From NCBI GenBank assembly GCA_051313645.2, contig JBNRSN020000011.1, forward strand, positions 127,224,001 to 127,288,000: 64,000 bases of DNA, in the 5' to 3' direction. The DNA comes from Centroscyllium fabricii (lineage: Eukaryota). The notes below the pieces were generated by a model. It did no database searches. It saw nothing but the letters and a program-made list of their open reading frames with translations, and had not been told where the DNA came from. A program made the translations under genes and the position numbers. Positions within the stretch are counted from its first letter, which is position 1. Each line of letters starts with the position of its first letter. Below are positions 49,101-62,313 of the stretch, in pieces.

Positions 49101-50090
49101 CTCACGATCGTGGACCGCACCACCAGATGACCTGAGGTGGTTCCCTGGCTTCCACCACCACGACCGACATCGCGCGAGCATTCATCTCAGCATGGGTGGC
49201 CCGGTTCGACGTGCCTGCTGACAGCTCCTCGGACAGAGGCCCCCAGTTCACCTCCCAATTGTGGAATGCCATCACCACTGGCCTCGGCGCCAAGTTGCAC
49301 AGGATGACTGCCTACCACCCACAGGCCAATGGACTCTGTGAATGCTTTCAACGTTCTTTGAAAGCCTCCATCCGCGCCAGCCTGGCCGACACTGGCTGGA
49401 TCGACAAACTGCCCTGGCTCCTCCTGGGATTGCGCACCACGCCCAAAGAGGACCTCCATGCCTCCGCGGCTGAGATGGTCTACGGCCAGCTGCTCAGGGT
49501 CCCAGGCGACTTCCTCCCCCTGACAACAGAGCCGTGGTCAGCCGCCAGACAGCATTCACTGCACCAGGAAGCGGCCCAACAGTTCCGCCCAGTGCTCACT
49601 TCACAACATGGCCCACAGCCGTCCCAAGTGCCTAGAGACTTACAGCATGCGGAGTTTATCTTCGTGCGCCGGGACGCACACAGAGGCCTGCTGCAGGCAC
49701 CATACACTGGACCTTTCCCGATGTTGGAGACAGGGGCCAAAGCTTTCATTATTGATGTCAGCGGGAAGCCGGACCATATTTCAATAGACCGCATGAAACC
49801 AGCACACCGGGACCTCAGCTCCCCGGTATGGCCGGCTCTTCCCCCACGGCGAGGCAGACCTCCCGCGGCGCCCGTGGCCCCACAAGAGGACCAATCCCTG
49901 CCGGCCCTTACTTCCCGGCCGTCGCCCTGCCTTTGCCGGCAGCTCGTCCAGCTAGCCCACCATTTTACCAGACCAGCTGATTGACCAACCGGCCGACCTC
50001 CCAGACAGCCCTCCTCGCACGCCAGATGGTTGCTACAGGCATTATGGCCGCTTGGTCAATCCGCCGCAAAGACTAACTTTTACAGTTAAC
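46109..50090 (+). pseudogene. gag-pol of the second CsRn1-like element (decayed)
   Basis: LKLPTFW..PTWF..EAQF, CYYHTRFG..CRSPC, LCDTGA, RT, RH and IN motifs, with stops and frameshifts. Confidence 0.92.
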
Positions 50091-50590
50091 GAGGATTCTG
50101 GGGGTGCGTATGTGGCGTTTCCGCATTGGGGAAATACTGTGTACATGTAGATAAATCTGTATAATCCCCTTTAACTGCTATTTTCCCCTGCCCTTTAAGA
50201 GAGAGGGTAAACCAATCATGTGACCTGCCCGTGACGTCATCGCATGTTCGCGGGCTTTACGAATTCAGTTTGTACAGTGTGGTAACTGTAATTACCAGTG
50301 TATATATATGGATGTGTTCACCTTCAGCTCTGTACATTGTGTGTATATATATGGATGTGTTCACCTTCAACTCTGTACATTGTGTGCAAGGCCAGGTCAG
50401 CCACACCTCTAACTCCTCCCCTCAGGTGGGAGCTTATAGGTGAGGGCCGCCCTGCCCCCGCTCATTCTCGCTTTGAACTCGACAGGAGACTAGCTCCATT
50501 GTAAGTGAATAAAAGCCTGTAGTTTGGGTAACTACTCGTCTTTCATGTTTGATTGACGATACGTCAATTTTATTCACTTAAACTTAAAAC

Positions 50591-53559
50591 ATGGAGAGTA
50601 ACGCAGTGAAACCGGATCGCCTCGATATCAATCCTCAGGCACCCGATGCTGCTAACAACTTTGAACACTGGTTCGGCCTGGTCGAGGCCTACATGAAGGC
50701 CGCGAAGGCAACAAATGATGAGGACAAACTCCAGGTACTCACATCACGGATCAGCGGCCCGGTGTATTCCTTTATCCGCGGCCTCAAGACGTACGGGGAA
50801 GCGCTGAAAAAACTAAAGGACTGCTACATGCGCCCGGCCCACTCGGTCTATGCCAGGCATGTTCTGGCGACCAGATGACAACGACTCGGTGAGTCCAATG
50901 AACAATTCTTACTGGCGCTTCAAGCCGTCGCACAGGCCTGCGACTGCCAGCCAAGGACGGCGGAGGAGGAAGTGAACCTCCTAATACGCGATGCATATGT
51001 GGCTGGAATCAGGTCCAGCCAGGCCCGCCAGCGGCTGCTGGAGCAGGACACACTGTCGCTCGAGGCCGCAATAACCCTTTCAAATGCGGTGGACGGAGCG
51101 CTCCGAAAGCTGGAGGCGTATGGAGACCACGGCCCACACGATACCCCTGACCCCTGGGCGACACCGCGACAGGCCGAGACCCCCACGATGGCAGCGGCGG
51201 CTGCGAAGATACCGGCGGGGCACAGATGTTACTTCTGCGGCCAGGGGAAGCACCCGCGGGCGCAGTGCCCCACGAGGAATGCGGCCTGCGAGCGGTGCGT
51301 GAAGAAGGGGCACTACGCGAGCGTGTGCAAGTCCAGCCCAGCATTCAGCTCCAGACCCAACAGCCCGGCCTGCGAAAACAGCGATGCCACTCCATGGCCC
51401 AAGGTACAGTGTTGCAGCGCGACCCAGCAGCGGTCAGCCGGGGGTAAATTGCGGGCGCCTCAGTCCCCCTTAACTGTACGCCGGAGGCCGGCTGCGCGCG
51501 TGGCATGGGCGCTGCCACTCCAAAAGCGACAGCGGCCGGCCATATGCGACCCCCCGGTGCCGCCATCTTGTACACCGCGGTCTGCCACGTGCGAACCACG
51601 GGCGCCGCCATCTTATCCTCAGCGGTCGGCCATGTGTGACCCCCCGCCGCCGCCATCTTGTCCACCACGGTCCGCCACGTGCGAACCACGGGCGCCGCCA
51701 TCATATACTCAACGGTCGGCCATGTGAGACCCCGGCGCCGCCATCTTGTCCACCGCGGTCGGCCGCGTGCAAACCACGGGCGCCACCATCTTGTCCACCG
51801 CGGTCCGCCACGTGCGAACCATGGGCGCCACCATCTTATCCACCAAGGTCGGCTGCGTGCGAACCACGGGCGCCACCATCTTGTCCACAGCAGCCGGACT
51901 CGAGCGCATTGCCAGCGCCGCCTTCTTACGAGCGGCCATCTTGCCAACTGCCCCGGCCGGGGCCCCAGCTAGCGGAGGGCCCCCACTCACACACATACAC
52001 CTCGGCCTCAGCCACTGTCGACCAGGCTAGGCCGCACACCTTGTCCAATTCCATGATGGCGATTAAAGTGGACGGGCATGTCACTAACTGCCTGTTCGAC
52101 ACCAATAGCACAGAGAGCTTTATACACCCCGACACAGTGCGGCGCTACACACAGTGGACCCAGCCCACGCACTACCAAATCTCCCTTGCCTCAAAGTCCC
52201 ACACAGCGGACGTCACCGGCTACTGCAGCGTCACGCTCACGATCAGGGACTGCGTTTATCGCAACTTTAAGTTGTACATCCTCCAGCAGTTGTGCGCCCC
52301 AGTCTTACTGGGACTGGATTTCGAGTGCCACCTGAAGAGCGTGACGATGGATTTCGGTGGAACCCTGGCCCCCCTCACCGTCAGTAGCCGGGACAATCCC
52401 TACTTAAAGCGGAGCTCGACTTGCGGCCTGTCCACGTTAAAAGTTGACCCCCCCTCACTGTTCGCCAATCTCGACCCCAAATGTAACCCATTGCTACTAA
52501 AAGTTGGCGTTACAGTGCAGGGGACCGGGCGTTTATCAGGTCGGAAGTCGGGCATATGCTGCAAGAGGGGATCTTTGAGGCCAGCACCAGCCCCTGGCGG
52601 GCCCAGGTCGTAGTGGTTAAGACGGGCGAGAAACTGCGCATGGTCATCGACTATAGCCAGACGATTAACCGCTACACCGGGCTCGACGCCTCCCCCCTCC
52701 CGCGCATCTCGGATATGGTAAACCAGATCGCCCAGTACAAGGTCTTTTCCACAATCGACCATAAGTCGGTGTATCACCAACTCCCCATTCGGAAATCCAA
52801 CCGCCAGTACACCGCCTTCGAGGCGAACAGCCGGCTCTACCACTTCCTCCGGGTCCCTTTTGGCGTGACCAACGGAGTGTCGGTGTTCCAGAGGAAGATG
52901 GACCGTATGGTTGACCAGAACGGGTTGCAGGCCACTTTCCCCTACCTGGACAACGTGACCATCTGCGGCCATGACCAGCACGACCACGATGCCAACCTCG
53001 CCAAATTGCTGCACACGGCGAAACGGCTGGATCTCACGTACAATAAAGACAAGTGTGTCTTTAGTACAGATCGGCTCGCTATCCTCAGATACGTGGTGGA
53101 AAACGGGGTCCTCGGCCCCGACCCACAGCGTATGCGCCCCTTGCAAGAGCTGCCCTTACCTCACAACCCCAAAGCCCTGAGGAGATGTCTAGGGTACTTT
53201 TCTTATTACGCGCAATGGGTCCCCCAGTACGGGCATAAGGCCATACCTCTCCTCAAGGCTGACGTCTTCCCCCTCTCGGAGGAAACCCAAACGGCATTCG
53301 CCCGGATTAAGGAAGACATCATCAAGGCGACCATGCATGCCGTTGATGAGTCCATCCCTTTCCAGGTGCAGAGTGACGCTTCGGACTTCGCCCTAGCCGC
53401 CACACTGAACCAGGCAGCCAGGCCTGTAGCGTTTTTCTCCTGGACCCTACAGGGACCCGAAACTCACCACTCAGCAGTGGAAAAGGAGGCCCAGGCCATC
53501 GTGGAGGCAGTGCGCTACTGGCGTCATTACCTGGCCGGTAAGCGTTTTACCCTGCTCAC
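50591..53559 (+). pseudogene. gag-pol of element C, truncated in RNase H
   Basis: Gag knuckles, PR, YLDN RT, and RH up to KRFTLLT, where the D LTR begins. Confidence 0.9.
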
Positions 53560-53596
53560 TGTGGTAACCGTTATATAATGCTTATTACCACTGTAA

Positions 53597-53760
53597 TCTA
53601 AAAATAAACTCCGGTACCTGCACGCCTGATAATGTACTTTACTGTATGCAATTTGCATGTAATTTATTTGCACTACTGTCGGGAGAGTTGAGTCTTCGTC
53701 TCGTTGTATTGTACTAGTACTCTGCAATGACAATAAAACTTGAATTGAATTGAATTGAAT
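53597..53760 (+). mobile_element. Rex1 3' tail inside the D LTR
   Basis: Matches ~32930-33104; flanked by TGTAAT. Confidence 0.88.
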
Positions 53761-54043
53761 TGTAATATTGATGCACAATATTAACCAGCATGTATAGCGG
53801 CTGGGTGCACTATACACAGCTTTGTATTGCGACACTGTCGCGGGGTCAGGTCAGCCACACCTCTAACTCCTCCCCTCAGGTGAGTGCCTTATAGGTGGGG
53901 TCTGACCTGCCCCATTCATTCTGTTCCTGATGTTCGACCGGAGCGTAGCTCCTTTGTAAAGCTAATAAAAGCCTTTAGTTAAGGTAACTACGCGTCTTTA
54001 TATTATTGACGATACGTCAATTTTATTAGCTTTAAAATTTTAA

Positions 54044-57000
54044 ATGGAGAGCGGCGCTGTGAAACCCGAAAAGCTGGACATTAGTCCACAGGACCCAACC
54101 GCCGCCAATACATTTGAACACTGGTTCAGTCTCGTCGAGGTCTACATGGAGGCCGCCAAGGCGACAACCGACGGGAACAAGCTTCATGTTCTCACATCAA
54201 GGATCTCCAGCCGGGTTTACTCCTTCATCCGCGACGCTAAGACGTACACAGAAGCCGTGGAAAAACTGAAGGCATGCTACGTGCGCCCGGTCCACTCGGT
54301 CTACGCCAGACATGTGCTGGCGACCAGACCACAACTAGTTGGTGAGTCCAACGAGCAGTACCTGTTGGCGCTCCAAGCCCTTGTCCGGGCCTGTGACTGC
54401 AAGGCACGGACAGCACAATAGGAGGTGAATCTCCTCGTCCGGGACGCCTATGTAACAGGGATCAGGTCCGCAGAGGCCCGCCAGCGGCTGCTGGAGAAAG
54501 AGACACTAACGCTGGATGAGGCGATCTCCCTCTCCAACGCGGTGCATGGCGCACGCCGCAGGCTAGAGGCGTACGGCAGCCACAGCACACCAGCCACCTT
54601 CGACTCCTGGGCAGCCCCACGACGGGTCGAGACCCCCACAACGGCAGCGGCAGCTGCGAAGACGTCGGAGGAGAAGAGATGCTACTTCTGCGGCCAGGGA
54701 CTACACCCGCGAGCGAAATGCCCCGCGAGGACCGCGACCTGCGAGAAGTGTAAGATAAAGGGACACTACGCCAGGGCCTGTAAATCGGCCCCGGCATCCA
54801 GCTCCAGACACAACAGCGCGGCCTGCGAAAGCTCCAACGCCGGCCCTTGGCCTCAGGTAAGCTGCAGTTGCAGCGCGACCCAGCGACGGTCTGGGGGTAG
54901 GGTACAAGCACCCCCGTCTCCCACCCTGATGCGGCAGAGGCCGGCCGCGCACACGGCACGCCAAACTCGGCCACGGCCGGCCATGTGCGACCCCCCAACG
55001 CCGGCATCTCGCCCAGCGCGGCCCGCTGCGTGCGAATCACGGGCGCCGCCAACCCAGCCACCGCGGCCCGCTGCGTGCAAACCATGGGCACCGCCACCGC
55101 GTCCACAGTGGCCCACCGCGTGCGAATCACGGGCGCCGCCATCTTGTCCGCAGCGGCCAGCCATGTGCGACCCCCGGCGCCGCCATCTTGTCTTCAGCGG
55201 CCAGCCATGTGCGACTCCCCGGCGCCGCCATTTTGTCCACAGCGGCCGACCATGTGCGAATCACGGGCGCCGCCATCTTGTGCACGGCCCCGGCCAGCGG
55301 AGGGCTCCCACACAAGCACACACACTTCAGCCTCAGCCACGGTCGACCAGGCTAGGCCGCACACCCTATCAAATTCCATGATGGGGATTAAAGTCAACGG
55401 CCATGCCACTAACTGCCTGTTCGAGACCGGAAGCACAGAGAGCTTCATCCACCCCGACACAGTGCGGCGCTACGGACTGCAGACCCTGCCCACGCACTAC
55501 CAAGTCTCCCTTGCTTCACAGTCCCACACAGCGGACGTCACCGGCTACTGCTCCGTCACGCTCACAGTCAGGGACTGCGTGTACCGTAATTTTAAATTGT
55601 ACATACTCCAGCAGTTGTGCGCCCCAGTCTTACTGGGACTGGATTTCCAGTGCCACCTGAAGAGCGTGACAATGGAGTTCGGCGGGACCCTGGCTCCCCT
55701 CACCATCAGTAGCCAGGACAATCCCTTCCTAAAGCGGAGCCCGACTTGCGGCCTTTCCACCCTGAAAGTCGACCCCCCGTCGCTGTTCGCCAACCTCGAC
55801 CCAAACTGCAAACCCATTGCTACTAAGAGTCGGCGTTACAGTGCAGGTGATCGGACATTTATCAGGTCGTAGGTCGGGCGTATGCTGAAGGAGGGGATAA
55901 TTGAAGCCAGCAGCAGCCCCTGGCGGGCCCAGGTCGTAGTGGTTAAGACTGGCGAGAAACAACGGATGGTGATCGACTATAGCCAGACCATTAACCGCTA
56001 CACCGGGCTCGACGCCTACCCCCTTCCCCGCATCTCGGAAATGGTTAACCAGATCGCCCAGTACAAGGTGTTCTCCACAATCGACCTTAAGTCGGCGTAT
56101 CACCAGCTCCCGATCCGGAAAGCCGATCGCCCGTACACCGCCTTCGAGGCGAATGGTCGGCTCTACCACTTCCTCCGGGTCCCCTTCGGCGTGACCAACG
56201 GAGTGTCAGTATTCCAGAGGGAGATGGACCGCATGGTTGACCAGAACGGGTTGCAGGCCACCTTCCCCTACCTGGACAACGTGACCATCTGCGGCCATGA
56301 CCAGCAGGACCACAATGCCAACCTGGCCAAATTTCTCCACACGGCGAAACGGCTCGATCACACGTACAATAAAGATAAGTGCGCTTTTAGTACAGATCGG
56401 CTCGCCATCCTCGGATATGTGGTGGAATACGGGGTCCTCGGCCCCGACCCACAGCATATGTGTCCCTTACAGGAATGTCCCTTCCTCACAACCCCAAAGC
56501 CCTGAAGAGATGTGTGGGACTTTTCTCTTATTACGCGCAATGGGTTCCCCAGTTCGCGGATAAGGCCAGACCGCTCCTCAAGGCTACCGTCTTCCCCCTC
56601 TCGGTAGAAGCCCACATGGCGTTCGCCCGGATCAAGGAAGATATTATCAAGGCGACCATGCACGCCGTTGATGAGTCCATCCCTTTCCAGGTGGAGAGTG
56701 ACGCTTCGGACTTTGCCCTTGCCGCCACTCTGAATCAGGCAGGCAGGCCCGTAGCGTTTTTCTCCCGCACCCTACAGGGACGCGAAACTCGCCACTCTGC
56801 AGTGGAAAAGGAGGCCCAGGCCATCCTGGAGGCCGTGGCCTACTGGCGTCATTACCTGGCCGGTAAGCATTTTACCCTGCTCACCGACCAACGGTGTTTA
56901 ATAATAAACAAAAGGGTAAAATCAAGAATGATAAGATCCTGCGGTGGCGGATCGAGCTCTCGACTTACGAGTACGACATTCTTTACCGACCAGGAAAACT

Positions 57001-57900
57001 CAATGAACCCCTGGACGCACTGTCCAGGGGAATGTGCGCCAGTGCCCAGCTAGACCGGCTGAAGGAACTCCACGATCGCCTCTGCCACCCGGGTATCACC
57101 AGACTTTCGTTAAATCCCGTAGCCTCCCCTACTCCATCACGGAGATCAAGGCTATGACCCGAGAGTGCCCTGTTTGCGCCGAGTGCAAACCCCAATTTTA
57201 CAGGCCAGACACGGCGCACCTCATTAAGGCCACCCGCCCCTTTGAACGTCTAAGCGTGGACTTCAAAGGCCCCCTCCCCTCCACCGACCGCAACTCGTAC
57301 TTCCTCACGGTCGTAGATGAGTTCTCCCGCTTCCCCTTCGCCTTCCCCTGCCCAGATATGACGAGCGCAACGGTGATCAAACACTTCACCACGCTGTTCG
57401 CCATTTTCGGTCTTCCCAGCTACATCCATAGCGACCGGGAGTCGTCGTTCATGAGCGACGAACTGCGTCAGTTTCTGCTTCAGAAAGGGGTTGCCTCAAG
57501 CAGAACGACCAGTTACAACCCCCGGGGGAACGGCCATGTAGAAAGGGAGAACGAGACTATCTAGAAGGCGGTCAACCTGGGCTTGAAGTCCAGAGGCCTC
57601 CCAGTTTCCCGTTGGCAGGAGGTCCTCCCAGACACGCTCCATGCCATTCGCTCTCTGTTGTGTACCGTTCCCAATTCAACACCTCACGACCTTATTTTCC
57701 TTCCCCAGGAAGTCGACTTCGGGGACAGCACTCCCGCTGTGGCTCACAGCGCAGGGGCCGGTGTTGCTTAGGAAACACGTCCATGGTCACAAGACCGACC
57801 CCCTGGTGGAACGGGTGTACCTGCTCCACGCTAACCCGCCTACGTGACATTCCCGGACGGGCGCGAGGACACAGTCTCGATCAGGGACCTGGCGCCCGCC
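54044..57900 (+). pseudogene. gag-pol of element D (3' part possibly from C)
   Basis: Complete domain order with several stops and frameshifts. Confidence 0.9.
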
Positions 57901-58997
57901 GGGAGCACTAGGGTAGAACCCCCGGTCGAGCCTCAGCCCGACCAGCCACCACCCACCGAATACTGGCCCCCATACATACACACACAACAACACTGATCAA
58001 CGACCCAGGATTGGACACCGCACCGCCGGCACCTTTGGCGGAGAGCCCGATCCCGGCCCTGCAACCGGCACCACAACCGTTACCGGCATCCCGGCGGTCC
58101 TAGAGGCAGACGCGACCGCCGGAGAGACTAATAGCGCAGTGCTGATTGCGTCTAACCGACACATTAAATATATATTTTTTTTTTTCTCTCTTGTCTCGTT
58201 CACCCCGCCGGACTTGTTTTTAAAGAAGGGGTGAATGTGGTAACCGTAATTACCAGTGTATATATATGGATGTGTTCACCTTCAACTCTGTACATTGTGT
58301 GCAAGGCCAGGTCAGCCACACCTCTAACTCCTCCCCTCAGGTGGGAGCTTATAGGTGAGGGCTGCCCTGCCCCCGCTCATTCTCGCCTTGAACTCGACAG
58401 GAGACTAGCTCCATTTTAAGTGAATAAAAGCCTGTAGTTTGGGTAACTACTCATCTTTCGTGTTTGATTGACGATACGTCATACAGTTGAGAGTTGGAGT
58501 AAAGACCTGTTTTCAGTAGCTCACTGTGTTGGCTGTTTCTTTGCAGTGGAGACCGTAATCTCCCCACACCTCCATACAGCAGTGTGATTATCACTTCATA
58601 AAGAAGTCGATGTGAAAGATGCAGCAGGCCACAGTGATGCAGAAGACTCTCTCCAGAGCATATTGAAGGGTTCCCCAAGGTACCTGAACCTTTGGCCCTG
58701 ATATTAACTGGGAGCTGAGCTGGGAGCTGTGTGGGGGGTGGGGTGGGGGGAGGGGGCGAGGGTGAGGGGGTCTGATATCGCTTGGGAAACCCGGATGTAT
58801 GTTCAGTGCATCTGTCGGTGGCTTTTTATCGCAGCCACCTCATCTAAATTTTACTAGCGGGTTTGCCATCTATTCTGTGGAAGGAGGCATGACGCGGAGC
58901 CGCATGACGTGATCTCAACTCCAGTAGTTAAAGGGCCAATCCAAAGATGCAATTTGGAGGAGATGGAGTTGGATACTGGAGAAGAGGAAGTTAAAGG

Positions 58998-60791
58998 ATG
59001 GAGTCAAGACGTTCCAAGGCTGCACCCCAGTTCACTGATGCCTCCCATGATGTGCTGCTGGGGGCTGTGAGGAGCTGTACGGAGACACTATTCCCCAGCA
59101 ATGGGAGCAAGAAACCTGCAGCAGAAACAAAGACGGCGTGGTTAGAGGTTGCCCAGGAATTGAGCAGCAGGAGCCGAGTGCCACGCTCTTGAATTCTGTT
59201 CAGGAAGCACTTTAATGACCTAATCAGGTCATGAAAGGTGACGGCAGTGGCACATTCACCTACATCCTGCTGTGCGCATCACCCCAACCCCTCGCTCTGC
59301 CACCTCAAGCATCCTCCATCACATCGCTCCTCACACCCAGTTACCTTGCAGGTGTACCCATCCTTTCCTGTCTATGCAATTCCTCCCATCCCCATCTATC
59401 CATCCACCACTCCCACTCACCCTCATCCTTATGTGAACTCATGCCTCTCCCCGATACTCACCCTCACCAAATGAACTCCATCCATCGGCTGAACATCTGC
59501 CATTATACTCACTCTTAGGTCTGTTGTTTCACGCGTTTCAGGAGAAGAGAGCACAGAACACCAGGGAAAGGGAGAGAATCAGAAGGGACCCTCCAAACAT
59601 CTCACAACTAACAACTGCAGTGGAGGAGGCACTGGAGATCAGTGGTGTTTCGACGTGCCTGGCCATCAGAGATCTGGAGACGGGGAGCACCCAGCTACCT
59701 GGTGACACAATTAACTATAAGCCATCCACATGCCAAACTGTACTCAGTCATTTTAAAGCGAGTCAAATATGATCATCTTCATATTGATAGCTTGCAGCAT
59801 TCTTTCCTTGCTAGTACTCATTCATGTCTTTTATCTCCAATAGGGCCTTCACACGTGCAGCAAGAGCTGCTGGAGGTTGCGGATGATGATTCCTCAGAGG
59901 AGCTGATTCCTTCTCAGGGTGCACCATCACAGGACTCATGCATACTATGCACCAGCTCAGATACTCATACTTTGGTGGGATCTCGTAGATAGATTTCACC
60001 TGGTGACTCACACATCAGCCAGAGCAGATGATGGTGATAGGGACAGCAGTGGAGAGTCCGTGTCGGAAGGTGCCTCCAAGCTCTGCTCAGCTAGATACAG
60101 ATACCCCGGGGGGCCGTCAATGAAAAGGAGAATCATTGAGCAGCAGCTGATAATGTACGATGCACTGTCAGGCCTTCCAAGTACACTCACCAGGATTGCA
60201 CAGAGAATGGAGGAGTCCGCCTCAAGCATGAGTGGGTTAATGTCGCAGACCACTGAGATGATGTGCTCTTCCATGGATAGAGTGGCCAGCACCGTGGAAC
60301 ATCAAACGCTCCAATCAAATGAGTCCGCACATGCATTGACCACCATCGTACAGACTATGATTGCCAACATGCCTGCCACCTTAAATAGGATGACAGATAC
60401 CTTAGCCTTGGCCACACTGATCTGCACCAAAGTGCTCTCCAGCACAGGGCTAGCAGTGAAATGCAGCTGGGCTAGGAGAGGGATGATGGCGAAAGTGGGC
60501 ATGGAAGTGGGGACTCCACTTAAAGCACTTCCACTTCTCACCCATTGTGCCTCCCTCAGTCATTAGCCCACATGCTGCCTCGTCTCCCAGTGGCTGAGTG
60601 TGCCCCTGCACAGGTGCATGCGGAGCAGTCTTTGGCAGGGCCCTTACAGTCTCCAACACCCAGAGGATGGCTACCAAGAGCATCTCAGCAGTCAGAGCAG
60701 GGATCTGAGCAGCTTGCCTCTACCGCTGCTCAAACCACAGAGGTTGCACCACGCAGGAGTTGTAGGAAAAGGAAAAGTTAAGGCTTTTTAG
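58998..60791 (+). pseudogene. Harbinger Myb/SANT-like DNA-binding gene remnant (3 exons)
   Basis: FTDAS..LLGAV..AWLEVA..RKHFNDL; putative exons 58998-59237, 59542-59701 and 59844-~60791 with GT-AG introns; contains stops. Confidence 0.75.
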
Positions 60792-61079
60792 TTGCAGAAG
60801 GGTATGCACATGGGTGTATGCGAAAATGTTGTGTTGTTAAGTTTCTGTTCTTTAGTTAGCTCACATAAATATTATTCTTTTGCACCACTTTCCCTTCTTC
60901 TCCATTCTTGGGTGCTGGGTGGCAAGTCTCTTTTTAACTTATTTGATGATGAATTGGACAACATGATTTGATGGGGACCAATGGGGGGTGGGAGGTGGGA
61001 TGTTCATGGTTGGTTGTTTGCGGAACTGCTTTGTGTCAGTGGGATTGGGGTGGAGGGGAGAGTGGGAAGAGTGGCCTTT

Positions 61080-61810
61080 GCATGTGCTTGTGCCATGGGT
61101 CCACTTGTGCAGCCGACGTGAACCTTGCATTAATAAGGGCATCCCTGGCATCCCCGGCAGCAATGTGAGCAGCTGGGGGTGCATCGCCTTCATCACCTTC
61201 GTCCTCTTCTTCCTCCTCCCTCTCCGAATCATCCGAGGAGGTTCTGAGCTCTTCGCCTTGTTCCTCCTACGGTCCAAACCTCACTGTTGTGCAATGTTGT
61301 GCAGAGCACAGCAAACCAGGAGACCCTGGCTGGTGCATACTGAAGGGCATCTCCTATCTAGGCACCTGAAACTGTCTGCAAGCTGATGGCTTGTTCGATC
61401 ACACATCTGGTGATTATATGGCATTCATTGTAGTGCTGTTGTGCTTCATTGGTTGGGTTTCTGATGGATGTCATCAGCCAAGTTTGAAATGGGTATCCAT
61501 TATCTCCTAGCAGCAACCCCTTAAGTCTAGTTGAGGGTCCGAAGACATCAGGAAGCTTGGACTACCACACGACCAAAGCATCATGGCAGCTCCCTGGGAA
61601 TCTGGTGCACACCTGCAGAAATATCTTTTTGTGGTTGCACACCAGCTGCACATTGATGGAATGGAAGCCCTTGCAGTTGATGAATAATCCAGGTTGATCA
61701 GGGGGTGCCCAGATTGCTACGTGTGTGCAGCCGATGATACCCTGTACTTGTGGGAAGCCAGCCAGAGCTGCAAGCCCGAGCGGCCGCTACTTCTGACTGA
61801 CTGACAGGGA
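61080..61810 (-). pseudogene. Harbinger (HARBI1-like) DDE transposase, C-terminal part
   Basis: Manual translation gives [51 protein letters not shown]; convergent with the Myb gene. Confidence 0.88.
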
Positions 61811-61849
61811 CTAACCCTGGTTCAATAAGGATCATAGAAGAACATGTCA

Positions 61850-62162
61850 GGAGCAGCACCAGGTGTACCTCAGAATGAGGTGCCAACCTGGTGAAGCTAC
61901 AACACAGGACTATATGCATGCTAAACAGCGGAAGCAGCATGCTATAGACAGAGCTAAGTGATTCCGCAACTAATGGATCAGATCAAAGCTATGCAGTCCT
62001 GCCACATCCAGTTGTGAATGGTGGCAGACAATTCAACAACTAACGGTAGGAGGAGGCTCCAAGGATATCCCCATCCTCAGTGACGGCAAAGCCCAGCACG
62101 TGAGTGCAAAAGACAAGGCTGAAGTGTTTGCAACCATCATCAGCCAGAAGTGCCGAGTGGAT
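61850..62162 (+). mobile_element. Internal fragment of a CR1/L2-group LINE
   Basis: IPILSDG...KDKAEVFATI inter-domain region typical of such LINE ORF2s. Confidence 0.6.
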
Positions 62163-62313
62163 AAGAACATAAGAAGTAGGAGCAGGAGTAGGCCATAAGG
62201 CCCCTCGGGTCTGCTACGCCATTCAACAAGATCATGGCTGATCCGAATCTAGACTCACGTCCACTTCCCTGCCCGCAACCCGTAACCCTTCATTCCCTTA
62301 TCAGCTAGGAAAC

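Larger units (their letters stand above)
50278..58481 (+). mobile_element. Chimeric Gypsy C/D: C 5' half, D LTR and internal region, C 3' LTR
   Basis: C LTRs at 50278-50566 (with a 43-bp duplication) and 58236-58481; TSD TACAG; single D-type LTR at 53560-54019. Confidence 0.92.
45372..58568 (+). mobile_element. Second CsRn1-clade Gypsy element with both LTRs interrupted
   Basis: 5' LTR 45372-46095 contains Rex1; PBS TGGTGACCC; 3' LTR 50111-58568 is split by C/D; TSD CCTC. Confidence 0.92.
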
